The translations under genes and the position numbers were made by a program. A stretch of 64,000 nucleotides of DNA from Chiloscyllium plagiosum. Taxonomy: Eukaryota. The stretch spans positions 112,871 through 176,870 of the forward strand of contig NC_057760.1 of assembly GCF_004010195.1 (NCBI RefSeq), read 5' to 3'. Below the pieces are notes generated by a model. The model had not been told where the DNA came from, made no database searches, and was given only the letters and a program-made list of their open reading frames with translations. Below, one piece after another: positions 37,525-50,155 of the stretch. The first letter of the stretch is position 1. Every line of letters starts with the position of its first letter.

Positions 37525-38385
37525 ACCTCAGATTACAACAGGATCTTGATCAGATGGGCCAATGGGCTGAGAAGTGGCAGATGGAGTTTAATTCAGATAA
37601 ATGTGAGCAGCTGCATTTTGGAAAGCAAATCTTAGCAGGACTTATACACTTAATGGTAAAATCCTAGGGAGTGTTGCTGAACAAAGAGACCTTGGAGTGC
37701 AGGTTCATAGCTCCTTGAAAGCAGAGTCGCAGGTAGATAGGATAGTGAAGAAGGCGTTTGGTATGCTTTCCTGTATTGGTCAGAGTATCGAGTACAGGAG
37801 TTGGGAGGTCATGTTGCGGCTGTACAGGTCATTGGTTAGGCTACTGTTTGAATACTGCGTGCAATTCTGGTCTCCTTCCTGTCAGAAAGATGCTGTGAAA
37901 CCTGAAAGGGTTCACAAAAGATTTACAAGGATGTTGCCAGGATTGGAGGATTTGAGCTATAGGGAGAAGCTGAACAGGTTGGGGCTGTTTTCCCTGGAGC
38001 GTCGAGGGCTGAGGGGTGACCTTATAGAGGTTTGCAAAATCATGAGGAGCATGGATAGGATAAATAGACAAGTCTTTTCCCTTGGATCGGGGAGTCCAGA
38101 ACTAGAGGGCATGGGTTTAGGGTGAGAGGGGAAAAGAGATCTACGGGTCAACCTTTTCCACAGAGGGTGGTACGTGTATGGAATGAGCTGCCAGAGGAAG
38201 TGGTGGAGGCTGGTACAATGGCAACATTTCAGAGGCATCTGGATGGGTATATGAATAGGAAGGGTTTGGAGGGATATGGGCCGGGTGCTGGCAGGTGGGA
38301 CTAGATTGGGTTGGGATATCTGGTCAACATGGACGGGTTGGACCGAAGAGTCTGTTTCTGTGCTGTACATCTCTATGACTCTCTA
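37525..38385 (+). mobile_element. CR1/HER1 LINE 3' fragment
   Basis: ORFs 37697..38125 and 38122..38304; tail ctctatgactct. Confidence 0.92.
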
Positions 38386-39207
38386 AAACACTGATGACCA
38401 AAAGCGGGGAACGCTTCTGTTGATTAAGAACAGGCGAAACACAAACACTCACTTTCATTTGCAAGGTGAGCATGGAGATCTGCGCCCACAACCAACCAAG
38501 AGATGGCAAACGTCTTTTTCAGAGCTGGTGACACTCTGACGGCCATATACCTTGGGAAGACCAGAACCCGCCTCGCACGTTCCTGGGCAAATGGGAGTCT
38601 TTGCGGGAAAGCTGAGGCTGGAGTTCCTTTTTAATTGGAACGCCCCACACGTCAGCGAGGGAGGGGAAACCACAACAACAACTTGTGTTCACATAGCACC
38701 TTCAAGTGTTGACCAAACACCCTGAAACTTTCCGCAGGGACGTTTCACAAAACAGCGACGTGATACTGAGCCACGTCAAGAGATATACTAAGGCAGATTG
38801 GACCAAGCCGGGGAGGGTTAGACCTAGAAACAAAAGGAATGGCTGTAGGCCCATCGGGTCTGCTTTGCGACTCCTCATCTCCACTTTCCTACCTTTTTCT
38901 CCATAATCCTTGATTCCCTTCTTGGTTAAAAATCACTCTCAGCCTTGAATATCCTGAATGACCCAGCCTTCTGTGGCAAAGAATTCCACAGACTCATCTC
39001 CCCTCAGACAGAATAAAGTCCTCCCCATCTCTGTCTTTAACAGGCGACCCCCCGACTCTGAGATGACGCCCCTCTGGTTCCTAGACTCTCCCACACACAA
39101 GGGGAAACAACCTCGCCACTTCTCCCCTGTCAATTTCCCCCCCAAGAACCTTCTATGTTTCAATAAGGTCGCCTCTAATCCATTGAATCCAGGCCCAATC
39201 TACTCAA

Positions 39208-39868
39208 TCCAAAAGATGTGCGGGTCAGGTGAATTGACCATGCTAAATTGCCCATAGCGTTAGGTGCATTAGTCAGGGGTAAATGTAAGGTGGGGGAATG
39301 GGTCTAGGTGGGTTGCTCTTTCGAGGGTCGTTGTGGACTTGTTGGGCCGAAGGGCCTGTTTCCATACCGTAGGGTATCTAATCTGTTCTAACCTCTCCCT
39401 TATAAGTCAGACCCTCCATACCCTGGATCAGTGAGTGAACCTTCTCTGGACTGCCTCCAATGCAAGTAAAATTCTTCCTTTTGTCTTTGAGGTGCACCTT
39501 AGAAATGAGGAATGCGAGGGACGGGGGAGAAACAACGCCAACGGAGGAGCAGTTACATAATTGATCAGATTCCCTACTGTGTGGAAACAGGCCCTTCAGT
39601 CCAATATGTCTACACTGACGCTCCGAAGAGTAACCTACCCAGACCTACTTCCCTGTGACTAATACAGCTAACACTACAGGCAATTTAGCACGGCCAATTC
39701 ACCTGACCTGCACATCTTTGGACTGTGGGAGGAAACCCGGAGCAAACCCACGCAGACACAGGGAGAACGTGCAAACTCCACACAGACAGTCGCCCGAGGC
39801 TGGAATTGAACCTGGGTCCCTGGTGCTGTGAGGCTGCAGTACTAACCACTGAGCAACCGTGCCGCCCC
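39208..39868. mobile_element. HE1 SINEs (plus, truncated, about 39208-39385; minus about 39565-39868)
   Basis: V-domain and tail motifs. Confidence 0.85.
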
Positions 39869-40857
39869 ACCGGAACTAGCACAGAATTCTGGGAGGGTGC
39901 TCAGATGGGGGTCATAGAGTCATACAGCATGGAAACAGAGCCTTGGGTCCATGTCAACCATGTTCCCAAACTAAACCAGACCCATTTAGAGTCATACAGC
40001 ACAGAAAACAGACCCTTCGGCCCAACCAATCCATGCCGACCATTCTCCAAAACTAAACTAATCCCACCTGCCTGCTCCTGGCCCATATCCCTCCAAACCT
40101 TTCCTGTTCACATACTTATCCCAATGTCTTTTAAACATTGTAACATCCACCACTTCCTCAGGAAGTTCACTCCACATGTGAACGACCCTCACGTCTTTTT
40201 TAAAAATCTCTCTCTTCTCCCCTTAAGTGTTGGAATTCCCCCATCCTCGGGAAAAGACACCTGCCAGTGTGCCCCTCATTATTTTATCAACTTCTATAAG
40301 GTCCATATCCTTCCAAACTTTTCATGGACTTATCCAAAATGTCTTCATTAAATGTTGTAACTGCACCCGCATCCAACATTCCCTCGGGCAGTTCATTCCA
40401 CACATTCTGCATGTGAAAGAAAAACTCAAGGGGCTGGAGGTTACAGCAATAGGGAGGTGTTGGGGGTTGGGGGGAGGATTGGAAAGCGCAGATAGGAATC
40501 TTAACACCGACATTGTGGAACTCACTGACCCACAGTGTGCAGCGGAGGCAGAATCGAATCTATGGTCAAGAAAGAGAGGGGGACGTTTCTGTGATGAGAG
40601 GCGGGAGTAAAGGGCTAGGGGGAGCAGGTGGAAAGAGTGGAGCTGGGACCAGGATGAGATCCGATCCACGTTAAATGGTGATAGGCCAATCTGCCTACTC
40701 CGGCTCCTACTTCCAATGAGACGATGGCTAAATGGGAACCGGTGCAGGTCAGTGATTGCGTCCGCAGAGTTGTAGACCCAGCCCGGGACACAACTCTGCA
40801 ACTGTCCCTAATCAAGAGACCTTAAGGCATCGGCCCCTCGCCCAACTGTGCACACAA

Positions 40858-40862
<5 letters not shown>

Positions 40863-40896
<34 letters not shown>
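40863..40896. repeat. (CA)n microsatellite
   Basis: Direct inspection. Confidence 0.95.
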
Positions 40897-40902
<6 letters not shown>

Positions 40903-41274
40903 ATCACCAGCTGGATACATTTTCTGACGCCAATCCCACAATTCTAAACGACTCATTCACCTCCAAGCGCCTGCAGGTGCTGAGATTGCAAAAGGAGCTA
41001 CAGGATTTTAAATTCCGTCTTTCCAAGGAGAGGTAATGTTTAACAACGCAGATGCCTAAGCCAGCGCTGACGAAAGAAAAAAAAAGAAACCCCGCCACCT
41101 TGCATTCTGAAAGTCAAAGAAAGTGACCCATCCCGGTCACAGTTCCCTCAAATGGACAGGATTCCCGTCAGGAACAGAAATGCGTGCATTCAGCAGTGGA
41201 GTGTGGTCTTCGGTCAGAAATCCAGATTTCTTTCGTCCCTTAACACCCAGGGTGGGGGGTATCAGTTTATATCA

Positions 41275-41885
41275 GGGGCAGCATGGTGACTCAATGGGTG
41301 GCACAGTGGTTAGCACTGCTGCCTCACTGCGCCAGAGACCCGGGTTCAATTCCCGCCTCAGGCGACTGACTGTGTGGAGTTTGCACATTCTCTCCATGTC
41401 TGCGTGGGTTAGACAAAAGTGTGCAGGTTAGGTGAATTGGCCAGGCTAAATTGCCCGTAGCGTTAGGTGAAGGGGTAAATGTAGGAGAATGGGTCTGGGT
41501 GGGTTGCGCTTCAGCAGGTCGGTGTGGACTTGTTGGGCCGAAGGGCCTGTTTCCACACTGTAAGTAATCTAATCTAATCTAGCATTGCTGTCTCACTGCA
41601 CCAGGGACCCAGGTTCAATTCCAGCCTTGGTTGACTTTCTGTGTGGAGTTTGCACATTCTCCCCGTGCCTGCGTGAGCTTTGGCCAGGTGCTCCGGTTTC
41701 CTCCCACAGTCCAAAGGTGTGCAGGTTAGGGTGGATTGTCCAGGGAATGTATAGGTTAGGTGCATTAGTAGAGGTCAATGTAGAGCAATAGGGTAAAGGA
41801 ATGGGTCTGGGTGGGATAGTCTTCGGGGTGGGGTCTGTGTTGACTCGAAGGGCCTGTTTGCACACTGTAGGGATTCTATAATTCA
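41275..41885 (+). mobile_element. Two adjacent or nested HE1 SINEs (about 41295-41580 with (TAATC)n tail; about 41581-41885)
   Basis: A younger copy appears inserted into the head of an older copy whose first bases are at about 41276-41295. Confidence 0.85.
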
Positions 41886-42249
41886 TACAAGGCTGGAAAA
41901 CGGGACTGCTTCGTTTTTGATGAGCCGAAGAGCCCCTCTCCTTGCTCAAGCCATCTCAAAGTATTTTCTGGCAAACGTTTTTTTAAAAAAAGAAAACTTT
42001 GTAAAAATAGTAGGCTCTGGAAGGAAGACTATCACAGTTGGAAAGACAGTAGGGAGAATGTCGGTGGTGGTGGGTGGTGGTTTGGGGAGAGAAAGGAGAT
42101 TTCTACGATCCAAAGGAAGGTTGCATAGTTGCCAACCTTTGTTTCCCCCCCTCCCGCCACTCCATTCCATCCCTCTAATTGACCTTGAGGCTTTTGGTCT
42201 TGCTAGGCCCAATTCAGAGAGGAGGCAGATGGGGTCAATTTGTCACGTG

Positions 42250-43800
42250 ACAGGCCAGAGCTGGTAAAGATGGCAGAATGCCCTCCCCAAGAGATTTTTT
42301 TAAAATGGGCATCAGTGGAGTCGGTGGCATTTTCACCACAAGCGACAATAGCAGCTACAGTCCCCTTTGCTTCGGCTAACTTCCTGTTGCTTTTTGTTTT
42401 TACAAAATATGAACCAAAGGAAGGCTACTGACTGAAACGCAGGTCTCCAATAAACTGGTCTACCTCCCTCTACCCTTCCCCACTCACCACCCCCCCAACT
42501 GAGAGTAGGAAATGGAGCGAGTTAGTTCAATGAACAAGTAGAACAAGTTTTGGACTACACAGCGAGGCAGTTAAACTCGAGACGAGAAGGGTTTTGCAAA
42601 GAGAGAGAGAGGGGAAGGAAGTTCTGCAATGAAGTCAGAAATTCTCACAAAGACAGGCCCTATAACCTTCAGCCAAACCTGATGGGGAGCCTTGGGGGGT
42701 CAAGTTTGCTCATGCAATACACAAAACCAGCCACAACAAGGAGGGAGGGGGAAGACTTGGGACTCCCACCACTTTCAAAACCTCCTGCCCTTTTTGTTTT
42801 AAACTCATACCGCAAGCTCTGAACACGACTGCCCAGTTGTATAGAGGAGCTTTTTTTCCCCCCTAAAAGGTCAAAAAAGTAAAACAAGAAGAAGAAGAGA
42901 GAGGTTACGGCACATTCACCCAAGAAATCCTCAAATTCAGTTCTGTCAAAAAAAAATGAAATTCCAAACCACGCCTTTGAAACTCAACAAAGTAATTTGT
43001 AACTTAGATTGGGAATAATAACTGATCTCAAACTCCTCACAAAAGGGACAACTCGAGTCTTTTGTTTTTGCGCCTCAAAGTACTGATTACATTAAAATTG
43101 CTGATTTCGTTTACTTAATGTCCCATTTCTTCAACTCCCTGACTTATTTAAAAAAAAAGATTTCCAGCAACGTTTCCGTCTCTGCCTCAGATATTAACTG
43201 CAGGAGGCAGAAAGAGACTAAAAAGGTTCGTTGTTTTAAAACAGATCTCTCTCTCTCTTCCCCCCCTTCTGTCGTCTCCAAGATCTTGGGGGACTTTCAA
43301 CATCTCCGAACACACCATGGCTTACCTTTTGTCAGGCTCTCTCTCTCTCTCTTTCTCTAAGTCAATCAGGAAGTCGAGTTTTCAAAAGTACAAGTTCCAC
43401 TGTTTTTTTAAAAAAGAGAAAAACATCTGAACTTTTATCGACAGTCCTCGTGTGTGTTTTTTTTTTGGGGGGGGGTAAAGAAATAAAGTTAACTAGTCCG
43501 CAATTTGCTTCCTTGTTGGTTTGGCTGTTTCTGTAAGGTGGGGCTGATAACTTTCATTCGCTTACTGAGTCACTCGGCTCACTTTTTTTTCTAAAAGAGG
43601 AACAGACCTCTCAGTTTCTCATGGCCAGACAGGGGGAGGGTTCTGGTTTATTGAAAGCACACTCACAGGACGCCACCTCTGGGTATGACTACTGCGGACA
43701 GCTACATACATTTCAGAATATTTTGTTTTTAAAAAGCACCAGGATTCAGGGAGTCTGCCTTATTCATTTTCTTTTTCAAAATTGCTTCCCCCCCCCCCCC
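42250..43800 (-). promoter_or_regulatory. Repeat-free island; candidate distal promoter or alternative first exon
   Basis: Donor AAG|gtaagc at 43326 (minus); ETS CAGGAAGT 43367, GATA CTGATAA 43544, AP-1 TGAGTCA 43566, AAAAGAGGAA 43593. Confidence 0.4.
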
Positions 43801-43884
43801 TTTCGAGTCTGGATTTCTCTCCCTTAAATCTCTCCACTTTAAAGGAACTCCTTAAAGCGACCAGGGCAATGTCTCATCCTTTTC

Positions 43885-44348
43885 TAGGATCCCTACAATT
43901 GTGTGGTTGCAGGCTATTCGGCCCATCGAGTTCACATTGCCCCTCCAAAGAGCATCCTGCATTTCCCATGGCTAATCCACCCTAACCTGCACATCCCTGG
44001 GCATTATGGGACAATTCAGCATGGCCCTAACCTGCACATCCCTGGGCATTATGGGACAATTTAGCGTGGCCAATCCACCCTAACCTGCAAATCCCTGGGC
44101 ATTATGGGACAATTTAGCGTGGCCAATCCACCCTAACCTGCACATCCCTGAACTATGGGACAATTTAGCATAGCCAATCCACCTTAACCTACACATCCCT
44201 AGACTGTGGGAGGAAGCCATAGGAATCCCACGCAGACACGGTGCAGTGGGGGGAAGAACATGCAAACTCCACACAGATGGTCGCCCAAGGGTGACTCGAA
44301 GCCGGGTCCCTGACGCTGTGAGGCGGCAGTGCTGACCACTGAGCCACT
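43885..44348 (-). mobile_element. HE1 SINE with internal tandem repeat
   Basis: Reverse-complemented head at 44300-44348; about 5 internal units. Confidence 0.85.
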
Positions 44349-44569
44349 GTTGTTGATGAAGGCTTTGTTTCCTCTTTTCATTCTCGAGGTCTGAGGTCAG
44401 CCAGAGATCAGAGAAAACACCAAGACAGGGAAGTGAAACAGGGCTGAGTCACGACCAGATCCAATACATCCTCACTCAGCATCTGAGGATAGCCCGAATT
44501 TTCTCGCACCCTAACCCCTCTGCTCCATCTTAGCATTTCCACTCCCCATTTGGCACGGTTATCTTCATT

Positions 44570-45775
44570 GGTCAGAGATTTGGGACATTACGTTGTGTTG
44601 GTGAGGCTACTTTTGGAGTACTGTGTACAGTTTTGGTCGCCCTGCTCTAGAAAGGATGACATGGGCAGCATGGTGGCTCAGTGGTTAGCACTGCTGCTTC
44701 ACAGCACCAGGGACCCGGGTTCGATTCCAGCCTCGGGCGACTGACTGTGTGGAGTTTGCACATTGTCTGCGTGGGTCCCCTTCGGGTGCTCAGGTTTCCT
44801 TCCACAATCCAAGAATGTGCAGTTTAGGGTGGATTGGCCATGCTAAATTGTCCCAGTAGTGTCTAGGGATGTGCAGGCTAGGTGCATTAACAGGGGTAAA
44901 TATAGGGTAGGGGAATGGGTTTGGGTGAGCTAGTCTTTGGAGGGTCAGTTTGGACTTGTTAGGCCGAAGGGCCTGTTTCCACATTGTACAGATTCTAGTA
45001 TTCTAAACTGGAAAAGGTGCAGAAGAAATTTACAAGGATGTTACCGAGACTGGAGGGTTTGTGTTATAAGCAGAAGCTGTGAGTTTTTCTCACTTGAGTG
45101 TAGGTTCTATAAAATCATGAGGGATATTGATAAGGTGAATAGCCAAGGTCTTTTCCCGAGGTTAGGGGAGTCCAGAGAGCATTGGTTTAAGGTGAGAGGG
45201 GGAAGATTTAAAAGGGACAACTTTTTCACGCAGTGGGTGGTGCGTATGTGGAATGGACGACCAGAGGAAGAGGTAGGTGTGGGAACAGTAACATTTAAAA
45301 TATATTTGGACAGATACCTGAATAGCTATAGTCATAGAGATGTACAGATGGAAACAGACCCTTTGCTCCAACATGTCCAATATCCTAAACTAAGCTAGTC
45401 CCATTTGCCAGCATTTGGCCCATATTCCCTCTTGACCCTTCCTATTTATTTAGCCATCCAGATGCCTTTTAAATGTTCTAATTGTACCAGCCTCCACCAC
45501 TTCCTCTGGCAGCTCATTCCATACACGCACCACCCTCTATGTGAAAAAGTTGCCCCTGCATAGGAAAGGTTGAGAGGGATATGGGCCAAACGCCGGCAGA
45601 TGGGACTAGATTAGTTCGGGAAACATGGTCGGAATTGAAGAGTTAGGCCGAAGGCTCTGTTTCCGTGCTGTACATCTCTATGACTCCAAATGGGACTAGA
45701 TTTATTTAGGATATCTGGTCGGCATGGATGAGTTGGACTGAAGGGTCCATTTCTGCGTTGTAGACTCTGTGGGAT
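44570..45775. mobile_element. CR1 fragments with an inserted HE1 SINE (about 44662-45000)
   Basis: [16 protein letters not shown] interrupted by a SINE head; several CR1 3' ends in both orientations. Confidence 0.85.
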
Positions 45776-46774
45776 CTCCCTCGCATCCACCCCTTCGTCT
45801 CTCCCTGCTCCTCTTCCCCATTCCCGAATCTTCCTGTTCCTTTCTCCCTCATGAGTTCATCCAGCTTCCCTCCCTTCAGTGAATCCCTCCTGTTCCTGCA
45901 GAGGGAAAGTACTGGCAAGGCCCAATTGGACAGCCACACCAAGAGGGGCTAGGGCTGTCGAAGTGGGTAGAATGGCTTCCCTCCGCTCAGCTGTACCTCC
46001 CCCCCCCGTCCATGTCAGTGTCCACAGGAGGGAAGCAGACAATTGGAGAGAGAAAAAGCAGTTGCAGGGTTAATTCTTGAAGTGATGGACGAGCTGTAAT
46101 TGTATGTAAGCTGTAGCTGTGTTATTTCAGGTGTAGCCATGACGGAGGACAGATTGTGTGAGGCGGTGTTTGCTGCTACACCTCTGGCGAATTCTTCGAT
46201 CCAACAAACCTTCATCGCTTTCCCGGTTTACCTGTTAGTCCATAAGGAATAGCAATGGGACCAGGCCATTCAGCCTTTCGGGCCTGGTCTGTCATTCAAC
46301 AGGATCGTGGGAGAGTTAACGCTCTTCATGTCTGCTTTCCCATCCTTTCCCCATAACACTTGATTCCCTTCCCGATCAAGAATCCATCTATGTCATCCTT
46401 AAATATCCACAAGGACTCTGCTCCCACTCTGCAAAGGAGTTTCAAATACTCTCGACCCTCAGAGGAAAAAAAACCCTCCTCATCTCAGTCTTAAACTGCA
46501 CCCCTTTATTCCAAGACGATGGTCTCTGCTCCTAGATTCTCCCAGGAGTGGAAACAACATCTCACTATTTACCCTGTCGAGACACCCAACAATGTTTCAA
46601 TGAGTTCACCTCTCATTCATCTAAAGTCAGTCAAGTCATACAGCATGGGATAGGCCCTTTGGCCCATCGGGTCTATACTGACAAAGCGACCACCAAAGGT
46701 GTGTTACTCCCAGTGTCCCACATCTTTGTCCTTTGGTTCCCATCGCATCAAGCCTCGGCCTTTGGGACTGCCAT

Positions 46775-49400
46775 GGTAAGGGGTCGTTCCCTCTCCTCTC
46801 GTCTCTAACCCAAAAGATTGTAGGTGCAAAGCCCGCTCCCTCTTCGAGATTGACACTCCCAATGCCAGCGCTGAGGGAGTGGGCACTGCTGGAGGGTCAG
46901 CGCTGAGGGAGTGGGCACTGTCGGATGGCCAGCGCTGAGGGAGTGGGCACTGTGTCAACGCTGAGGGAGCGGGCACTGTTGGAAGGTCAACAGTGAGGGA
47001 GTGAGCACTATCGGAGGCCCAGCGCTGAGTGATCAGGCGCGTTAGGAAGGTCAGCGCTAAGAGTGCGGGCAATGTCGGAGGGCCAGCGCTGAGGGAGTGG
47101 GCACTGTCAGAGGGCCAGCGCTGAGGGAGTGACTACTGTCGGAGGGTCAGCACTGAGGGAGCAGGTACTGTCAGAGGCCCAGCGCTGAGGGAGTGGGCGC
47201 TGTTGAAAGGTCAGCACGGAGGGAGAGGGCACTGTCAGAGGGTCAGTGCTGAGGGAGCGGGCACTGTCAGAGGGTCAGCACTGAGGGACTGGGCACTGTT
47301 GGAGGGTCAGCACTGAAGGACCTGGCACTGTTGGAGGGTCAGCACTGAAGGAGCGGGCACTGTTGGAGGGTCAACAGTGAGGGAGTGAGCACTGTTGGAG
47401 ACCCAGCGCTGAGGGAGTGGGCGCTGTTGAAAGGTTAGCACGGAGGGAGAGGGCACTGTCAGAGGGTCAGTGCTGAGGGAGCGGGCACTGTCAGAGGGTC
47501 AGCACTGAGGGAGTGGGCACTATTGGAGGGCCAGCGCTGAGGGAGTGGGCACTGTCGGAGGGTCAGCGCTGACGGGGTGGGCACTGTCGGAGGGTCAGCG
47601 CTGAGGGAGTGGGCACTGTCAGAGGGTCAGCATTGAGGGAGAGGGCACTGTTGGAGGGTCAGCACTGAGGGACTGGGCACTGTTGGAGAACCAGCGCTGA
47701 GGGAGTGGGCGCTGTTGGAAGGTCAGCACGGAGGGAGAGGGCACTGTCAGAGGGTCAGTGCTGAGGGAGCGGGCACTGTCAGAGGGTCAGCACTGAGGGA
47801 GTGGGCACTATTGGAGGGTCAGCGCTGAGGGAGTGGGCACTGTTGGATGGCCAGCACTGAGGGAGTGGGAACTGTGTCAGCGCTGAGGGACCGGGCTCTG
47901 TTGGAAGGTCAACAGTGAGGGAATGAGCACTGTCGGAGGCCCAGCGCTGAGGGATCAGGCGCTGTAGGAAGGTCAGCGCTGAGAATGCGGGCAATGTCAG
48001 AGGGCCAGCGCTGAGGGAAAGGTCACTGTCAGAGGGCCAGCGCTGAGGGAGTGGGCACTGTCAGAGGGTCAGCGATGAGGGAGTGGGCACTGTCGGAAGG
48101 CCAGCACTGAGGGAGTGGGCACTGTGTCAGCGCTGAGGGAGCGGGCACTGTTGGAAGGTCAACAGTGAGGGAATGAGCACTGTTGGAGGCCCAGCGCTGA
48201 GGGAGTGGGCACTGTCAGAGAGTCAGTGCTGAGGGAGTGGGCACTGTCGGAGGGCCAGCACTGAGGGAGTGGGCACTGTCGGATGGCCAGCGCTGAGGGA
48301 GTGGGCACTGTGTCAGCGCTGAGGGAGCAGGCACTGTTGGAAGGCCAACAGTGAGGGAGTGAGCACTGTCGGAGGCCCAGCACTGAGGGAGTGGGCACTG
48401 TCAGAGGGCCAGCACTGAGGAAGCGGGCACTGTCAGAGGGCCAGCGCTGAAGGAGAGATTTCTGTTGGAGGCCCAGCGCTGAGTGAGTGGGCGCTGTTGG
48501 AAGGTCAGCACGGAGGGAGAGGGCACTGTCAGAGGGTCAGTGCTGAGGGAGCGGGCACTGTCAGAGGGTCAGCACTGAGGGAGCAGGCACTGTTGGAGGG
48601 TCAGCACCGAAGGACTAGGCACTGATGGAGGGTCAGTGCTGAGGGACTGGGCACTGTTGGAGGGCCAGCGCTGAGGGAGTGGGCACTGTGGATGGGGCAG
48701 CACTGAGGGAGCGGGCACTGTGTGGAGGGAAGCCATTCTACCCACTTCGACAGCTCTAGACCCTCTTGGTGTGACTATCCAATTGGGCTTTGCCAGTTCT
48801 TTCCCTCCCGTTGGGTGAGTTGAACAGGAGGGATTCACTGAAGGGAGGAAGGCTGGATGAACTCATGAGGGAGAAAGGAATAGGAGGATTGAGGAATGGG
48901 GGAGAGGGGCAGGGAGAGATGAAGGGGAGGGTCAGTGCTGAGGGGGCAGGAACTGAGGGTCAGAGCTGAGGGAGTGCCACACTATCGGAAGGTCAGTGCT
49001 GAAGGAATCCTGCAGTTTGAGGGTTAGTGCTGAGGGAGCACCGTGCTATCAGAGGGCCAGTGCTGATGGAGCACTGCACTGTCAGAGGGTCTGCACTGAG
49101 GGAGTTGCATACTGTCAGGGATGCCATCTTTCAGTTGAGATGTTAAACTGAAGTCTCAGTAGCCCCTCTCAGTTGGATGTAAAAGAAAATATTATTTTCA
49201 GAGAGAGAGAATAGGATTGTTCTTCTTGATGGTTTTAAAGAGCAGCATTCATTCGAAAAATATCTCATTGCTGTTTGTGGAAGCTTGCTGTGATTAAATT
49301 GGCTGCTATATTATAACAGAGACTTGTTGAAGGTGGCTGTAAAGTGTTTAAGGAATACATGAGCCATGACAGGCGATATAAAAATGCAAGTCCTTCATGT
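46775..49400 (+). mobile_element. Deu-domain SINE (SacSINE1/AmnSINE1-like) containing a large internal minisatellite
   Basis: Decayed head about 46775-46865; after the array come gatgccatctttcagttgagatgttaaactga, ctctcagttggatgtaaaaga, cattgctgtttgtggaagcttgctgtg and ggcgatataaaaatgcaagt, matching the recalled Deu-SINE body and tail. Confidence 0.75.
46865..49120. repeat. 32-bp minisatellite (gctgagggagtgggcactgtcggagggtcagc), about 58 + 6 units, interrupted at 48724-48927
   Basis: Direct inspection. Confidence 0.95.
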
Positions 49401-49759
49401 TTCCTACAATGGTTCAGTTAGTTTACCACCTGAGTCTCAGCTATCTCCCTTCATCATTTTTAAAAACTTGGTCTATTCTGATTGGGGGCAACGCGAGTTG
49501 GTTCAGCAAAGGACTTTAGCCAGCTGAGGCTGGGGAAGGCAGTGATCCTCACATTATCCACTGACTACTGGAACAGCACTTCAGGGAAATGCAGAATTGG
49601 AAGGTCATGCTGTCTCACTCTGCCTGCAAACTGAAGAAGAACTGGGGCTGTGGTTCACCCCTGAGGACACTGCTGCCTGAGTCAGGAGACTGAGGTTCCC
49701 ATTCCCCATTTGTCATCACAAGTTCAGTCATGGTCACATGATCCAGGTACAAGCGTTCT

Positions 49760-50155
49760 GTCATTATCACATGACACTGATACCATCAGCATTGTCAGCA
49801 TGATGTGTGATCACATAATCAGTGTTGCTCTGGTTAGTGTGATGACATCATCGATGTTGCCATCATTACAGGCAATGAGACTACTAGTATTGCTGTATGA
49901 TGACATCATCAGCATTGCTGTCAAGAACATATGATGATATAATTGGTGTTGGCATAATTACATATGATGACATCATTGGCGTTGCCATCATTACAGGAAA
50001 TGACATCTTAGTGTTACCATCGTTACATGCAATGACACCATTAGTGTTGCCATCGTTATGCGCGATAGCATTATCAGTGTTGCCATCGTTACGTGCGATT
50101 ACATAATTAATCTGTTATTATCACAGAATGCTGACATCACAGTGTGACATCATTG
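49760..50155. repeat. Degenerate tandem repeat of about 30 bp (tgatgacatcattagtgttgccatcattac..)
   Basis: Recurring atgacatca and gttgccatc words at roughly 30-bp spacing. Confidence 0.75.
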
